Of a stretch of DNA of 64,000 nucleotides, positions 11,701 through 23,900 are shown piece after piece; within the stretch, counting starts at the first letter, position 1; the number at the start of each line of letters is the position of its first letter. Under the pieces are notes generated by a model. That model ran no database searches and was not told where the DNA came from. It saw only the letters and a list, made by a program, of their open reading frames with translations. A program made the position numbers and the translations under genes. The stretch is from Macrostomum hystrix. Its lineage: Eukaryota; Animalia; Platyhelminthes. The stretch lies in assembly GCA_950097015.1 (NCBI GenBank), contig CATNEN010000002.1, positions 9,052,001 through 9,116,000 on the forward strand, written 5' to 3'.

Positions 11701-13477
11701 AGCTGCCAGCAGTTTGTACCTCCCTTTGAGTCTCGAATTCAGAGCAATTTTCAGAGTGTCAGTTTGATCCCTTATGGCGCTGCCCATAACTACGAGCACA
11801 TGCGGATCTTCACATTCTATTGAAAGCTTTGACAAATTGCCCATTACGACGCGACTCGCATCCAAAGTCTGGGATTCCTCCTCTATACGATTTCGTAGAC
11901 TCTCTTCGCTGGCCACCTCTACCAGCTTCAACCTTGAGCTCAGCTCAGTGCTGGTGTAGAGCTCTGGATTACTAAAAAGCAGCTTAGAAAAGCTAGGATG
12001 GTAGATGATCATTTTCAGCGCCTCCTTGAACTGACTGAACATTTCCTCTCTGACTTCAGCAATGTCCAGTCCTTGCGATGCTTCAACGCTCATGTCTCGC
12101 ATGAGAAAGATCGGGGAGGCCCAGTCAGCGAAGATGACAGCGTGCGTCTCTCCTGAAGGTGTTCTTTGATGCAGCCTCATCAAGTAGATGAACACTTTTC
12201 TTTGATAGCCAAGGCCATCGAAATACAAAATCCCAGTTTTCACGCAACCAGGGAACAGGACGTCCGGACTGACGTCTTGACCCAGTCTGTCCGGAGCAAG
12301 CACGAAATACTTTTTGAGCACCAGAATTCTTTCAGGTGGCAGTTGAATTCCCACGCTGCTCAGCTTGCTCTCACTGAGATGATCGCCATCATAGAGAGCT
12401 TCTGTGATCCGAGTCTCCAGGTTGGGCACAATGAAACGCAGGAAGGTTGTGGCGAAGTTCCAGGCGAAAGCTTCTCCGGTGCTCGCATTGCTGTTTTGCA
12501 CTGCAATGATTGTTTACTTGATTTTGAAATTTTCATAGTCGATAACCACCCTTTTGTCAGCTAGGTTGAGGTTGTGTAAGGACTGCCTGGTATTGTACGT
12601 AATTAACAGTGACTTTCACCTTGAGGTTGCATGAGACCAAGGATCACTGTGCTTGCCAAGTGTCCGAGCTGGCTCCTGAGATCATTCTCTCCCCTCAGCT
12701 TGACTACGGACTGGAAGAGGCTGCGAACTCGCGGATGTTGCAAAAGGTCGTACGGACTGTCTTCGACATTGTCCACTAAGTGTGTCGGCAATCCTCTGTT
12801 TTCCATGCCCTGTACAAATTAAATATAATTGGAGGAAATTTAAGGCTTAGGCAATTATTGAACATAAGCCATTTAGGAGATTGCAAAACGCATTGATTGA
12901 ACCCTGGACCCATTACTCATTTAAACAGGCACATGAAATAGTGCAACCAGCTTTGGGGGGAATTCGGATGAAAAAGGCTAATCTGATTGTAAGCTGCCAC
13001 CCTTTATGACGAGGCCTCCGGTAAAATGGCCCAGCTACTGCTCTGGTTTTAAATGTAGTGTAATGTGACCAGCATGATAGAATTGCATTACCCGCTTCAT
13101 CGTCAGCAGAAGGATGCGTCGTGTGACATCTGCTCGCTTTTCGTTGAAGAAAAGTACAAGGACGGCAGAGGAGAGCACTTTTGGCACCAAGCTTCCAGTC
13201 CAGTCATCCAGGTTATTTCGGATGTTGACCACATGCATTCGGGTGGGATCTAATTCTCTGGTGATGGCCTCATTTAAAACACTGCTGGCTTGGTTGGCTG
13301 CTCCGATCTCAATAATAGTGACTGATCGGCGTTGGCTGTCCAAGTCTAAAAGGAAAGAAGGTAGCAATGAAGGAAACATTTTTGTGTTAAACAGTCTACG
13401 AAATGCTTGTACACAACTGATTGCATTCAATCAATGGTACCTTCTGGAGGTTGAAACACAGAACGCGGTCTGTCCAT
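8738..13477 (-). CDS. TIR-STING-TIR-STING-like paralog 2. Exons 13477-13441 (candidate ATG exon), 13345-13092, 12809-12620, 12500-11584, 10762-10549, 10304-10194, 9171-8738; about 718 aa.
   Basis: Same exon and phase structure as paralog 1. Summed exon length is 2157 nt (719 codons including stop) with no internal stop. Same STING-like motifs. The first exon is less certain. Confidence 0.85.
9330..9867 (-). mobile_element. tRNA-derived SINE-like element; related copy at about 54385-54750
   Basis: Minus-strand head TGGGTCAGCGGCTAG...GTTCGATTCT resembles Pol III A and B boxes. The head and the CCGGCGAACTAGGCG tail motif recur at 54.4-54.75 kb. Confidence 0.6.
11050..11240 (+). mobile_element. 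Probable tRNA-derived SINE fragment in an intron of paralog 2
   Basis: GGTGGCAGAGCGGTTAACGCG (A-box-like) followed by a degenerate B-box region; GC-rich island within AT-rich intron. Confidence 0.4.
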
Positions 13478-13890
13478 TGCCTGATGAGCTTTATGTCCTA
13501 GGAGAGAAAAACTTAAGCTTCGAAAAACTGCGATCAGAAGGTTTTAAAACAAGAGAATCAGTTATATTCCAGGCTTCAGATATATTCCTAAATGCTGGAC
13601 TGATATAGTTAAACGACTGTCAAAAACTTGGGTTTGAACTTGGGTGGGTTCGAAAGTTCCGTTTTAAGTACAGTAATGTCTTACTTTGGCTTATAAGTCC
13701 GTCATTGTTTTGATGTACGTAGCCACGAAGCGTAGTGTACGGGTTTATAATAATGCATTTACTTAAGTATTTAATTATTGCATTTAACTCTACTTTTTAA
13801 GTCTATCACTAAAAAAGGCAAAAAGATAACTGTATAAGCACTTCTGGCTTACTCTTAATTACGAACACACATTGACCAACGATAAAAGCG

Positions 13891-15680
13891 GTCTTTAATG
13901 TCTTCATTAATGACTTGTTTCTATGGCCGAAACCCATATATTTCATGCTTTTGAATCCGCTAGCGAGTCAACGATATGAAAAAAATGCTTTGAACTAATT
14001 TCAAACACAGAACGGCAAAAACACGAGTAACGAAAGTTTTTTGTTTAGATCAAACAGTCTCATATACATCTTCCCTGCCTCTCATCGACCGTTGCCAAGA
14101 AATACCTGAAAGGTGCAATTGTTGAAAGTTCCGCTTATTCCAGATGCCAATAGCTGCCTGCGCGTCTCTCCAGACCGCCGATTGACCAGAATGTGCAATA
14201 TCCAATGAGGTGAAGTTGGCTCAGTGCTCTTATTCGATGAACTGGCACTAACATCGCTGATTACGTTAGACAGCCTTGCCATATCAGCATCGCGCTTTGC
14301 GGTTTTGCGAATGTAGCTATGGGTAGCCTCAGTGGACTTGTGTCCAGTGATCTTTCCAATGTCAGCAATGGACACTCCCGCATCATTCAGCTCAGTCACC
14401 AGGGTCGCACGAATGCAGTGACCGGTGTATCTCTTGCTTAGCTTCGCATTTGTCGATATGGACGCCATCATATTGCTTAACGTGTTATTTCCAACTGGCT
14501 GATTTGCGAAGAACCAAGAGTTGTTGACACCTCGTACACGAGGCTGAAGGAAGAAAACCTGGTTTAGCCTCTTCGATCTTTGCCATGTAGATATTTAGAG
14601 CGGTGTACGGACAACCAGGGCACCCAGTTTCCGCAATTATGCTTTGCTTCAGATCCTCAGCGCAACGGAGCTCAAGCTTCCTTGCACATTCTTCAATTGC
14701 AATGGCCTAAGCTTAAAGGCACGGACGCCGTCTATTAAAACTTGTTCGAGAGAATCAACTTGTAGCTGGCGCAGCCACTCAAGACCACGAAGTCCGAAAT
14801 GTAGCGCCAGTACGAAATACACTTCTTGCAACTTTTTTGGAGTCGACCGGTCAAAAAAGAGCCTCAGTTTCTCCAAATCGCCTCGCTCGATAATTGAAAA
14901 CTGTTTTACTCGGCCGCCTGCCTTGACGAATAGTCCTGCTGTGATTCGCAACATGGTATTAGCTCTAGCAAACGCTGCATCAGCGATGATATTCCAACCT
15001 CTTAGGCGGAGCATCTGACGAAACAACCCTGCCCGCAGACAAACAAGAGACGACGGTGAAAAATAGTTACCATCTTTGCGCCTCACGAATGCATAAAAAA
15101 CTCGCAACGCAACTGCAGCTTCTTCAATAGTGCACTTACTTAGATCGAAGTGCTCCATGCCCTTGTCTTCCGAAACGGATGTGAACAAACTAAGAGCCCA
15201 AGTCTCTTACTTCAAGGCAGAACGAGGCAAGTGATCCAGTTCTATGTTGTCCAGTTGGCCTACGAGCGCATCGATTTGCGCTTTGTTCTCTATTTGCAGG
15301 AGTGCATCCGCATCAACCATCTCTAAATCGGGCAGATTTTTCTTGCATCAATCGCTCCATTTCATTATCGCGATCCATTCTTGCTCGGATTTCACTCGTA
15401 GTCAAACCGAAGATTTCACCTTGAGATAAATGAAGAAGGCCAATTGGGTACGTGGCTTCGGATTCCATCTCGCATTCCATTTTCTCTGCTGCGAAAAGCT
15501 TCTCTATTGCACTCTTTCACAGCACCTTTTCGATCGCCCGACTGTATTGATAAAGTTTTTACCATCGACGTCTGTCTTAATCCATTGATCCCTTCTGTTA
15601 GCACATCTTTATCGAGGATTGGATAAGTAGGTTTTTACCATAGACATTCCGACCTGTCATTAATGGTGTTCATTAATGAC
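13891..15680 (-). mobile_element. Degraded Crypton-like tyrosine-recombinase element (DUF3504/CryptonA-like), frameshifted
   Basis: ORF 14649-15188 (FYAFVRRKDGNYFSPSSL...LHFGLRGLE) and ORF 14082-14471 (TGHCIRAT...ITGHKSTEATHSY) carry the R...HxxR...H...Y catalytic signature but are separated by a stop/frameshift. Related palindromic sites lie at both ends. Confidence 0.75.
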
Positions 15681-17933
15681 CGACGAAAGAGCACTGAATG
15701 CGTGCCATGCATAAAAGCTCGGCTACAGGCGAGCTAGCTACCTAGAGCCGTTCAACGCTTGGCACATGGCTGCTCTCGGTAGAATCGACCTGCTGCTTGT
15801 CTTGCTTGCAATGCCTAGCTGTACTCATCGTTGCCCCTTCAGTCCATTAATGGGCGTTTGACGTCAAAGCTGTTTTAAAAGTAAAAATTTTTTGCAGGCT
15901 TCAGTTTTTCTTTTAATTCATTCCTTATGGCCCTTTTCCTTTTCCTAAAGCCTATAGGCTCTATGGCATCTTGCCGTACACGTATCTCTGGGTGCTGGCC
16001 TGTCCTCTCTGCCTGCCTGCCAAAGGTGAGCAGCATGACGTCCTGAACACGCTGTGCACAGTAGCCCTCGGCCTAAGACCACATTGGCGCATTGGAGTAC
16101 TAACCGTCGAGGTAGGTGAACTCCAGGCAGTTTCGGCATGTCAGATTCGCTGTAATGTTGTCCGGCACAGTCAACATCTCGATCTTCAGCGAGACCGAAA
16201 CCGGTCTTCATCATGACTTGAAACATGACGTCGCGCATCACGACCTAACACCATAACACAACACCATGACAAAACACCATGACATAACACTATGATTTAA
16301 AACTATGACACAACACCATGACCTACAAGCATGACCTACTATTTAATTTTAGTTCTGAATTTTCCCGGTAGTTATCATTTTGCGAAAATAGTAACTCTTG
16401 AAGAGTTACTAAGCGGCCAAGAAATAGCTTGATAGTGAAAACTAAAAAAATTCGATTGGATAATAAAAGGAATAGAAATGTCATTTTAAGGAAAAAAAAA
16501 TATATATATCAAAAAACCTCAAAGCAGTATTCAGCAAGCAGCATTCGAAATTGTTAAAGCAATAACGAAATAAGGATATACTAAGCAGCGATGAGTAAAG
16601 TTACAAAACTAAAAATACTCGTAAAATGTAAGGTTATTGATAAAAATCTTTGTTAGATATACGAGGCTCGTACGCACGAGTATTAGATTTTTTGAACCAA
16701 TCAAAATGGAGTAGAAAATAAAAATGAATGGAAAACGAAAATTTTCCACATTTTTTAATAAACATCAGAAAGATGGCAAAAGCGGATTAAGTGCTAAAAA
16801 TTGAAATATTTTTTCTATAAATAAAACAATTTTACGCTACATTGACTAGTCAGCACTTTTTGTTTTTTATTGTTTTATTGTTTTATAATTATAAATATAT
16901 TTATAATATACTACGCGTTATTACGATTATAAAATATTACATTTATATTATACGCAATTTATAAGTGCTTATTTTTTCATATTATTTTTTAGGAAAGGAA
17001 AAATGAAATAAAATGATTAGTATATGTTAATTTATTATATGTTATTATGTTTATTATATTATATGTTAATATAAAATAATATATATAACAAAATTTTTTT
17101 TGTCAAAAGAAGTGAGAATGTTCTTCTATGAAGTATATCAGACCACCGTTTAGCTGAGTTGGCAAAACATGTCAGCAAAGTCCACACGATTGACACGGAA
17201 TCTGTTTTATCGAAATGTCAATGTCAATGTCATGTTCACCTTGTCAAAGGTGAACATGACAAGGAAGGCGCCATTCAGAAAGTTATTAAAACGTTTCTCG
17301 CTTTTGAATTGCTCAGCGGCTTTCTCCAGCTGCTCTATAGCAATTCTCTGGCGCCATTTTGTTGGCGAGCTTCGCTTTCTGACGACTCAGTCCTGAAAAA
17401 CGAATATAGATCTTTCCACCTGATGGTTTAAACCCACAGATGGCCCTTGTTCTTGCAGTGCTCCTCTAAGCCTCTTCCTGATAAATTCTTTTCGTTGTCC
17501 TCGCGAGAAAATGTCCGATCAGGGCTTGAAAATCGACACTTTGAAGGCGCTAATCAGTAGGAGGTAAAAAAACATGAGCAGGGCATTGTAATTGGGCACT
17601 TTAGTATATTGTCTCTGCAGCATCACTCAGATCAAAGAGAAAATTGTAAAAGGCCACATTAGAAGGTTAGTAAGATTCAAACTTATCGAATCAGCTAGAA
17701 CGATTGAGGAAAATTGAGGAAACTAGCTATTTTTTAGATAAACTACACCAAAATTTACTAAATTATATCACAAAGATAGACCAACCGAAACGCGTCAATA
17801 TGATAAGTCATGGCTCGAAAATCATGATAATCTAAAACACAGACTCTCTGGGGATAGAAAGGAATGAGTGGAGAATTTTTATTCGTCATCCTGTAGAATT
17901 GTCAAAGGCACGCTGCGACAGTGTCTTCAAATA

Positions 17934-20900
17934 TTAATACCTCGAAGACCTCAGCAGCTGGAGCAAACCAGCAGCGCCTTCTTGTTCATTGCTCCACCTG
18001 ACAGTCTTGACAAACCGGTGATTTCTGCAGTCCTCCTCCAAGCCTCGTCCGAACTCCTCCAGGATGTCGTCGACCTGCTGCGGGCTGATCAGTCCGGCGA
18101 AGCCCCAGTTCAGCTGCTCGCGCAGGTAAGAAAACTGGCCGGGAATTTCAAAGGCCAGTCTTGAATGCTGCCAGTGCCAGACTTGATAATTGTAGGGCCT
18201 GCCATTGGATCCCATGAAGCTTTCGTTATTTTTTTGGGCTCCAAGGTCGGCCAGGCCCTGCTCCAGAGCGCTCTGGTCAGGGAAGCGATTGCTGGCAGGC
18301 AGGATCATGAAGTACGGCTTGTCGAACGGCAAAGCTGCCAGCTGACTTTCGTCAGCAGAGTCTTCCCGCATGTCTACAAGATCAAGGATGAGTTTCGTTT
18401 CCTACGTTTCGTACAGCAGGTGGAATGGTAATATGTTCCCGGCCAGAAATATGACCGATTTCTAGTAAACTTTTAGTTTGAATATACGCTCGTAGTAACC
18501 TTTTCGAATGTCCTTTCGGATTTCAACATTTTACTCTGGCAGTGTGCCTATTAGTGCAACTTAAAAGCTAGTTCAATTTTTTAGTCCTTCACCAAAGTTT
18601 TGTCTTTGATGCCCTTGAAGTCAAAGTGACACTACGAATATATACGACCGTATGCGCTGCCGCACTTCTCCAAGCTTCTCCTAGCTCCTAAATTTAATCA
18701 GAAAGTAGGAGCCTGTTACCGCAAACTCACTGTCAAGCCGTGCTCAGGAGTATAAGGCAAGACTGCCCGTAGGCTTGGTTTGGGTTAGTAGCGAATTTAG
18801 TTTATTAGTCACGATGTTTCACGATACACTTGCATATATATATAAGTAGACGAGTCAACAAGGCTTAAAAGTCAACAGGTGTTGAGTACATCAATAATCA
18901 ATATTCAGGCTGCGTACATTGGGTCAGAGTGCGGTTGGCGCGCAGGCCTGCAGATCTACCACAGTTCACTTGCTTAACACAGTTCACGGTTCATTCACGG
19001 CTCAAACCCCGGCACGTCATCTCCCCCCTTCGAACCGCTCGGGCGGCACGCCCCGATTCGCACGGAGGTTGTAGCTCGGTCTCTGGGGAGTCGCGGCCGG
19101 TGACGGCACTCTGCCACTGGCCGCTGGCGGCGGATCTGCGGTCTCCCCTGGCGCGCTTGCCTGGGTCAAGGACGCAGGCATGTTTTCATGTCGCGCCTCA
19201 GGCAAGTCGGCGGGTCTCGGAGCAACTTCGTGGCTGACTGCGGCTGTCGCAACGTCTCCATTGCCGCCGGCTTCGTGCCGACGCAGTTGGTCTAGGTGGG
19301 CGAGCGTGACCCGGTCACCCTGTCGCATGATCAGCGCCGTGTTGGACCCTTTCTGCGCCAGGAACTCCGCCTTCTCCGGTGTGGCACTCGGCGTTGGAGC
19401 GTACCAGACCTCAGAGCGGATCGCTGTCTTCATGGTGATGGGGTTTCGCAGCTGCCTTCCCATTAGTTGCGCCGGGCTGAACTCCCTTCCGGCGTGCGGT
19501 ACACATCGGTAGTTCAGTAGGATCCGTGCCAGGAACGCGTCGTACGGCTCCTGCTGATCCCAGCCCGCCGAGGCCACCTTGATTGTCTGCACCATTCGCT
19601 CGGCCAGGCCGTTGGACTGGAGATGATATGGTGGGGTTTTCACAGCGCGGCAGCCGATTCTGTGCAGCCAGCTCACCAACCCCTCATCATGGAACTCTGC
19701 AGCATTGTCACTCACCAGGGTTCTCGGCACTCCGTTGCGGGCGAAGACCTCCTGGAGGACCCGCCTGACGGTGGCGGCGCTCTTGTCGGGCACTCGGATA
19801 GCCTCCGGCCAGGCAGACATGGCGTCGACCAGGATCAGCAGGAGCCCGACCTTCGGAACGTGAGCGTGGTCCATGTGCACGCGCCCCCAAGGCTCAGACT
19901 CGGCGGGCCATTGGTGGACACTGCTGTGACTACTTTGACGTTGCTTGGCGCAGGTGTGGCAGGCACGGACGAATCCTTCGACGTCACCGCAGTAGCCTGG
20001 CCACCAGACGGAGTTGCGGACCAGCGCTCGAGTGCTCGTGGCGCCCGGATGCGCCCCGCTGTGCACCAATTCCAGGACGCGACTGCGTAGTGAAGCAGGA
20101 ATGACCGGGCGATCGCCGTAGCACACCACCGAGCCGTCTAGAGTGAGCGCATGTCGAATTGCTTTGAATTGCCGTTCCGCAGGCGAGCAACCCGACCAAC
20201 GGTTTCCAGCTATCCTTCGAGTGATGTCCGCTAGCAGTCTATCGCGCTTTGTCTCCTCTGCCAGCTCAGTCCAGCCGATGACGCTTTCACCGGCCCAATG
20301 CACCAGGTGTTGTTGGGGTGCCGCCTCATATGGATCGTCCGGGACGTCAGCGAAGTCAAGACGAGACAACGCATCTGCGTGCGGGATGTCGACTCCGCGG
20401 GCGTACTCAATAGCGAAGTCAAATCCCATGAGGCGGATCGCCCAGCGCAGGATGCGGGCATTGGCGACTTTAGGGAGCTGCTGCCGTGCCCCGAACAGAA
20501 ACTCGAGAGGGCGGTGGTCGGTTCGCAGAGTGAAGCGCTTGCCCAGTAGGAACTGACGGGACCTCTCCATTGACCACACAATCGCCAGCGCCTCCCGTTC
20601 GATGTTGGAGTAGCGTGTCTCTGCCTCCGTCAACCGCCTGCTGAAGTAGATGACGGGATGACCTTCTTGCGTGAGCACGGCGGCCACCGCCTTCTCACTG
20701 GCGTCGGTCGTGAGCGTTGTTTCCTTTGTCCGGTCGTATGGCTGGATGATCGGGCTGGAGCTCAGGAGCTTCTTTAGCTGGTGGAAGGCCGCTTCCTGTG
20801 AAGTTGTCCAAGTGAACTCCACTCCCTTCTTGCGCAGCTGGTTCAGGGGCTCGACGATGTGCGCATAATTGTTGACGAACCTTCCGAAGAAATTGCAGAG

Positions 20901-23900
20901 GCCGAGGAAGGACTCCAACTGGCGACGGTCGCGTGGTGCAGTGATTTCTTTGATCTTGCTGACCAGTCCAGGGTCCGGAGAGATTCCTTCTGCACCGATT
21001 CTGTAGCCGAGGAACTTGACGCTCTTGGCGCCCAAGTTGGACTTGGCGAGATTTATGTTCATTCCGGCTGCCTGGAGGATCTTGATTACTTCATCGACTT
21101 TGGCTTTGAGATCTTCGCTGGAGCGACCTCCGAGCAGAATATCGTCTTGATAGATGACCTTGCCGTTCACCTCCTCAAGGGTAGTTTCCATGGCCTTTTG
21201 AAAGATGGCGGATGCTGACTTGAGGCCCGGCACGAGTCGGGTGTAGCGAAACAGACCGAGTGGGGTCGCAATCGTAGTGACTTCCCTGCTCTTCTCCTCG
21301 AGTTCAATCTGTAGATACGCGTCAGATAGGTCGAGGGTCGCGAAGTCAGTCATTCCGGCGACATCCGAGAAGATGGTCTCGACGGTTGGCATTGGATAGG
21401 TGTCTCCGCACACTTGATGATTGACCCCCGCCTTGTAATCGGCACAAATTCTGATGTTGCCGTTGGGTTTGAGGACGCAGACGATTGGTGACGCCCACTC
21501 GCTACCGCCTTCGGTCACTGGTTCAATTATTCCTTCAGCCTGGAGGCGCTTCAGCTCTTGGTTGACGCGGTCGCGCAGGTGCAGCGGCACCGCTCTGGCT
21601 GCGCAGTAGAATGGCTTGGCACCTTCGATCAGCTTGATTCTGGCTTGGAAACCCTTCAGGCAATTGAGGTGCTGTACTGCAGTGCCTTGGCCACCGACTG
21701 TCTGCCTCTCAGAGTTCCAATCCAGGTTGTCGAGGCCCAACAGCCCGTGTGACTTGTGTGCTGCAGTGACAACCAAGTCGACAGTGCGGAACTTGTCTTT
21801 ATCATTCCACGTTGCTGTGAACTCGCCCAGGGTCTTGATTATTGATCCATCAAATTGCCTCAGGATTCGCTTGGACTTCCTCAGCGCTGGACGCCCGAGC
21901 ATCTCCCAGTGGCCCCTGGGAATGAGGCTTACGTCGGCGCCTGTGTCCACTTGCATCTGCAGCTCTTTGCCGTTGATCTTGACGCGCCGGAAGATGCCTT
22001 TTCGCTCCTTGTTCTCCGGTCTGATGACGAAGACGTTGGCGGCATCTGGCTTCGGGGCGGCATCATCGTCCTCCTCCCAGGTCTCCAAGTGCACAGTGCG
22101 GGACCTGCAAACGGCTGCGTAGTGGTTTTTCTTGTTGCAGGTGGTGCACCTTTTGCCGAAGGCGGGGCATGAGCCCTGCTGGTGCGAACCGCCACAGTAT
22201 TGGCACTTCGTCCTGGTTGTGTGCCTCGGCGATCTGGTGTCCGGAGGAAGCTGTGGAGGTGCGGCGCGCCGACCTGCATAGGCGATGCTTGACTCGGTGG
22301 TGACGGTGGGCCCGGTGCCGGCGTTGTAGTAGCGAATCTGCTCCAACTGCTCAAGCTCTTGCAGCACATCGGTCAGCAGCATGTCGATGCCCTGCATCCT
22401 CTCCAGCAGTCTGCGCTTGTGGTCCACGGAGGCAAGACCGTCCACGAGCCTCATGGTGATGAGTTCGTCCTCACAGGTCTGTTTCGAGCCTAGCTTTTCA
22501 AAACTGCACGAGGCAGCAGCTGCTCGGAGCCGGCGGTAGTACGATGCGACGCCTTCGCTCGGATCCTGCCTGAGGGAGAGGAATTTCACCCTCTCGGCAA
22601 TGGTGAGGCGCCGCTTGGGCCGAATGGTTGCATCGATGATGTCGCGGATCTGTGCGAATGTTTTGGTCTCCAGGCTGTCTGGGGCAGCCATGAGGGTCAG
22701 GGTTCTCAGTGCCTTGAGGCCTGCCCTCGAGAGGAATAGATCAGTGATCTGGTGTTCCTCTTCCGAATCCTTCAGTTTCTTGGTCCGTGCAGCGGCCGCA
22801 AAACTGAGCAGCCAGGCTTCGGCTGTGTCTGGATCTTCCAGGTTTAGTTCAGATGCTTGCGATGCCATTGTCAAGCCGTGCTCAGGAGTATAAGGCAAGA
22901 CTGCCCGTAGGCTTGGTTTGGGTTAGTAGCGAATTTAGTTTATTAGTCACGATGTTTCACGATACACTTGCATATATATATAAGTAGACGAGTCAACAAG
23001 GCTTAAAAGTCAACAGGTGTTGAGTACATCAATAATCAATATTCAGGCTGCGTACATTGGGTCAGAGTGCGGTTGGCGCGCAGGCCTGCAGATCTACCAC
23101 AGTTCACTTGCTTAACACAGTTCACGGTTCATTCACGGCTCAAACCCCGGCACGTCACTCACATTCCTCCATCTTGTCGACAAAGCCGCAGCAAATGTTC
23201 GCGGTCAGGACACGGGCCATTGACATCAGCGGAAAAACCTCCTCAACTCTGAGGCAGTGGACCTCTGCAAGACCTGAAATTTAGTCACAGCAAATTTGAA
23301 TGGAGAGTGATAAATGACAAGATTCTAAACAATTTGTCTAGATTAAGAGAGCGCAGGTGTTTATAAATGGTGAACAAAATAACAAATATTTATGACAATC
23401 AGTTACTTCAACTTACGAAGGCCATCGATGACGTCAGCAAGAGTGCGCAGCTGCTGTCCGAAGGGCAGCCTGCCTTCAACGTTGTCGCCAGTCAGAGTTC
23501 GCACGCCTGCCACGCAGCAGTAGGGCAGGCATCTCAGCCGATCCGGCAGGACGTCGTGGACAGCTTCAATGCCAACTCCGAAGTCTCCCACAATGATGAC
23601 GGAAACGCAGCACTCGCCAGTCATGCTCATCTGAAATGAAAGCACAAGATATTGATGCATTTTTATCTGGCATTGAGAAGTTGACAGGTTCATACAGAAC
23701 CCAGAAGATACTCAACCAGTGGCACAGCCGCATCTTTTGTGGTGCATTCAAATGCAGCGTTCGGCTCTATGGACAGGAGGCGCTGGCACATCCCCTAAGC
23801 TCTATCTACACCAGCTAGTTCTCGTTCCCATTTCACAGCTGCAGGGCGAAATATCTTGTTTCGAACTCCTGAATTTTCGGTTAGAAGTTCGGCGATCTAG

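Noticed and set aside
15945-16241. Possible transposase or exon fragment
   Set aside because: GC-rich but no recognisable motif in any frame.
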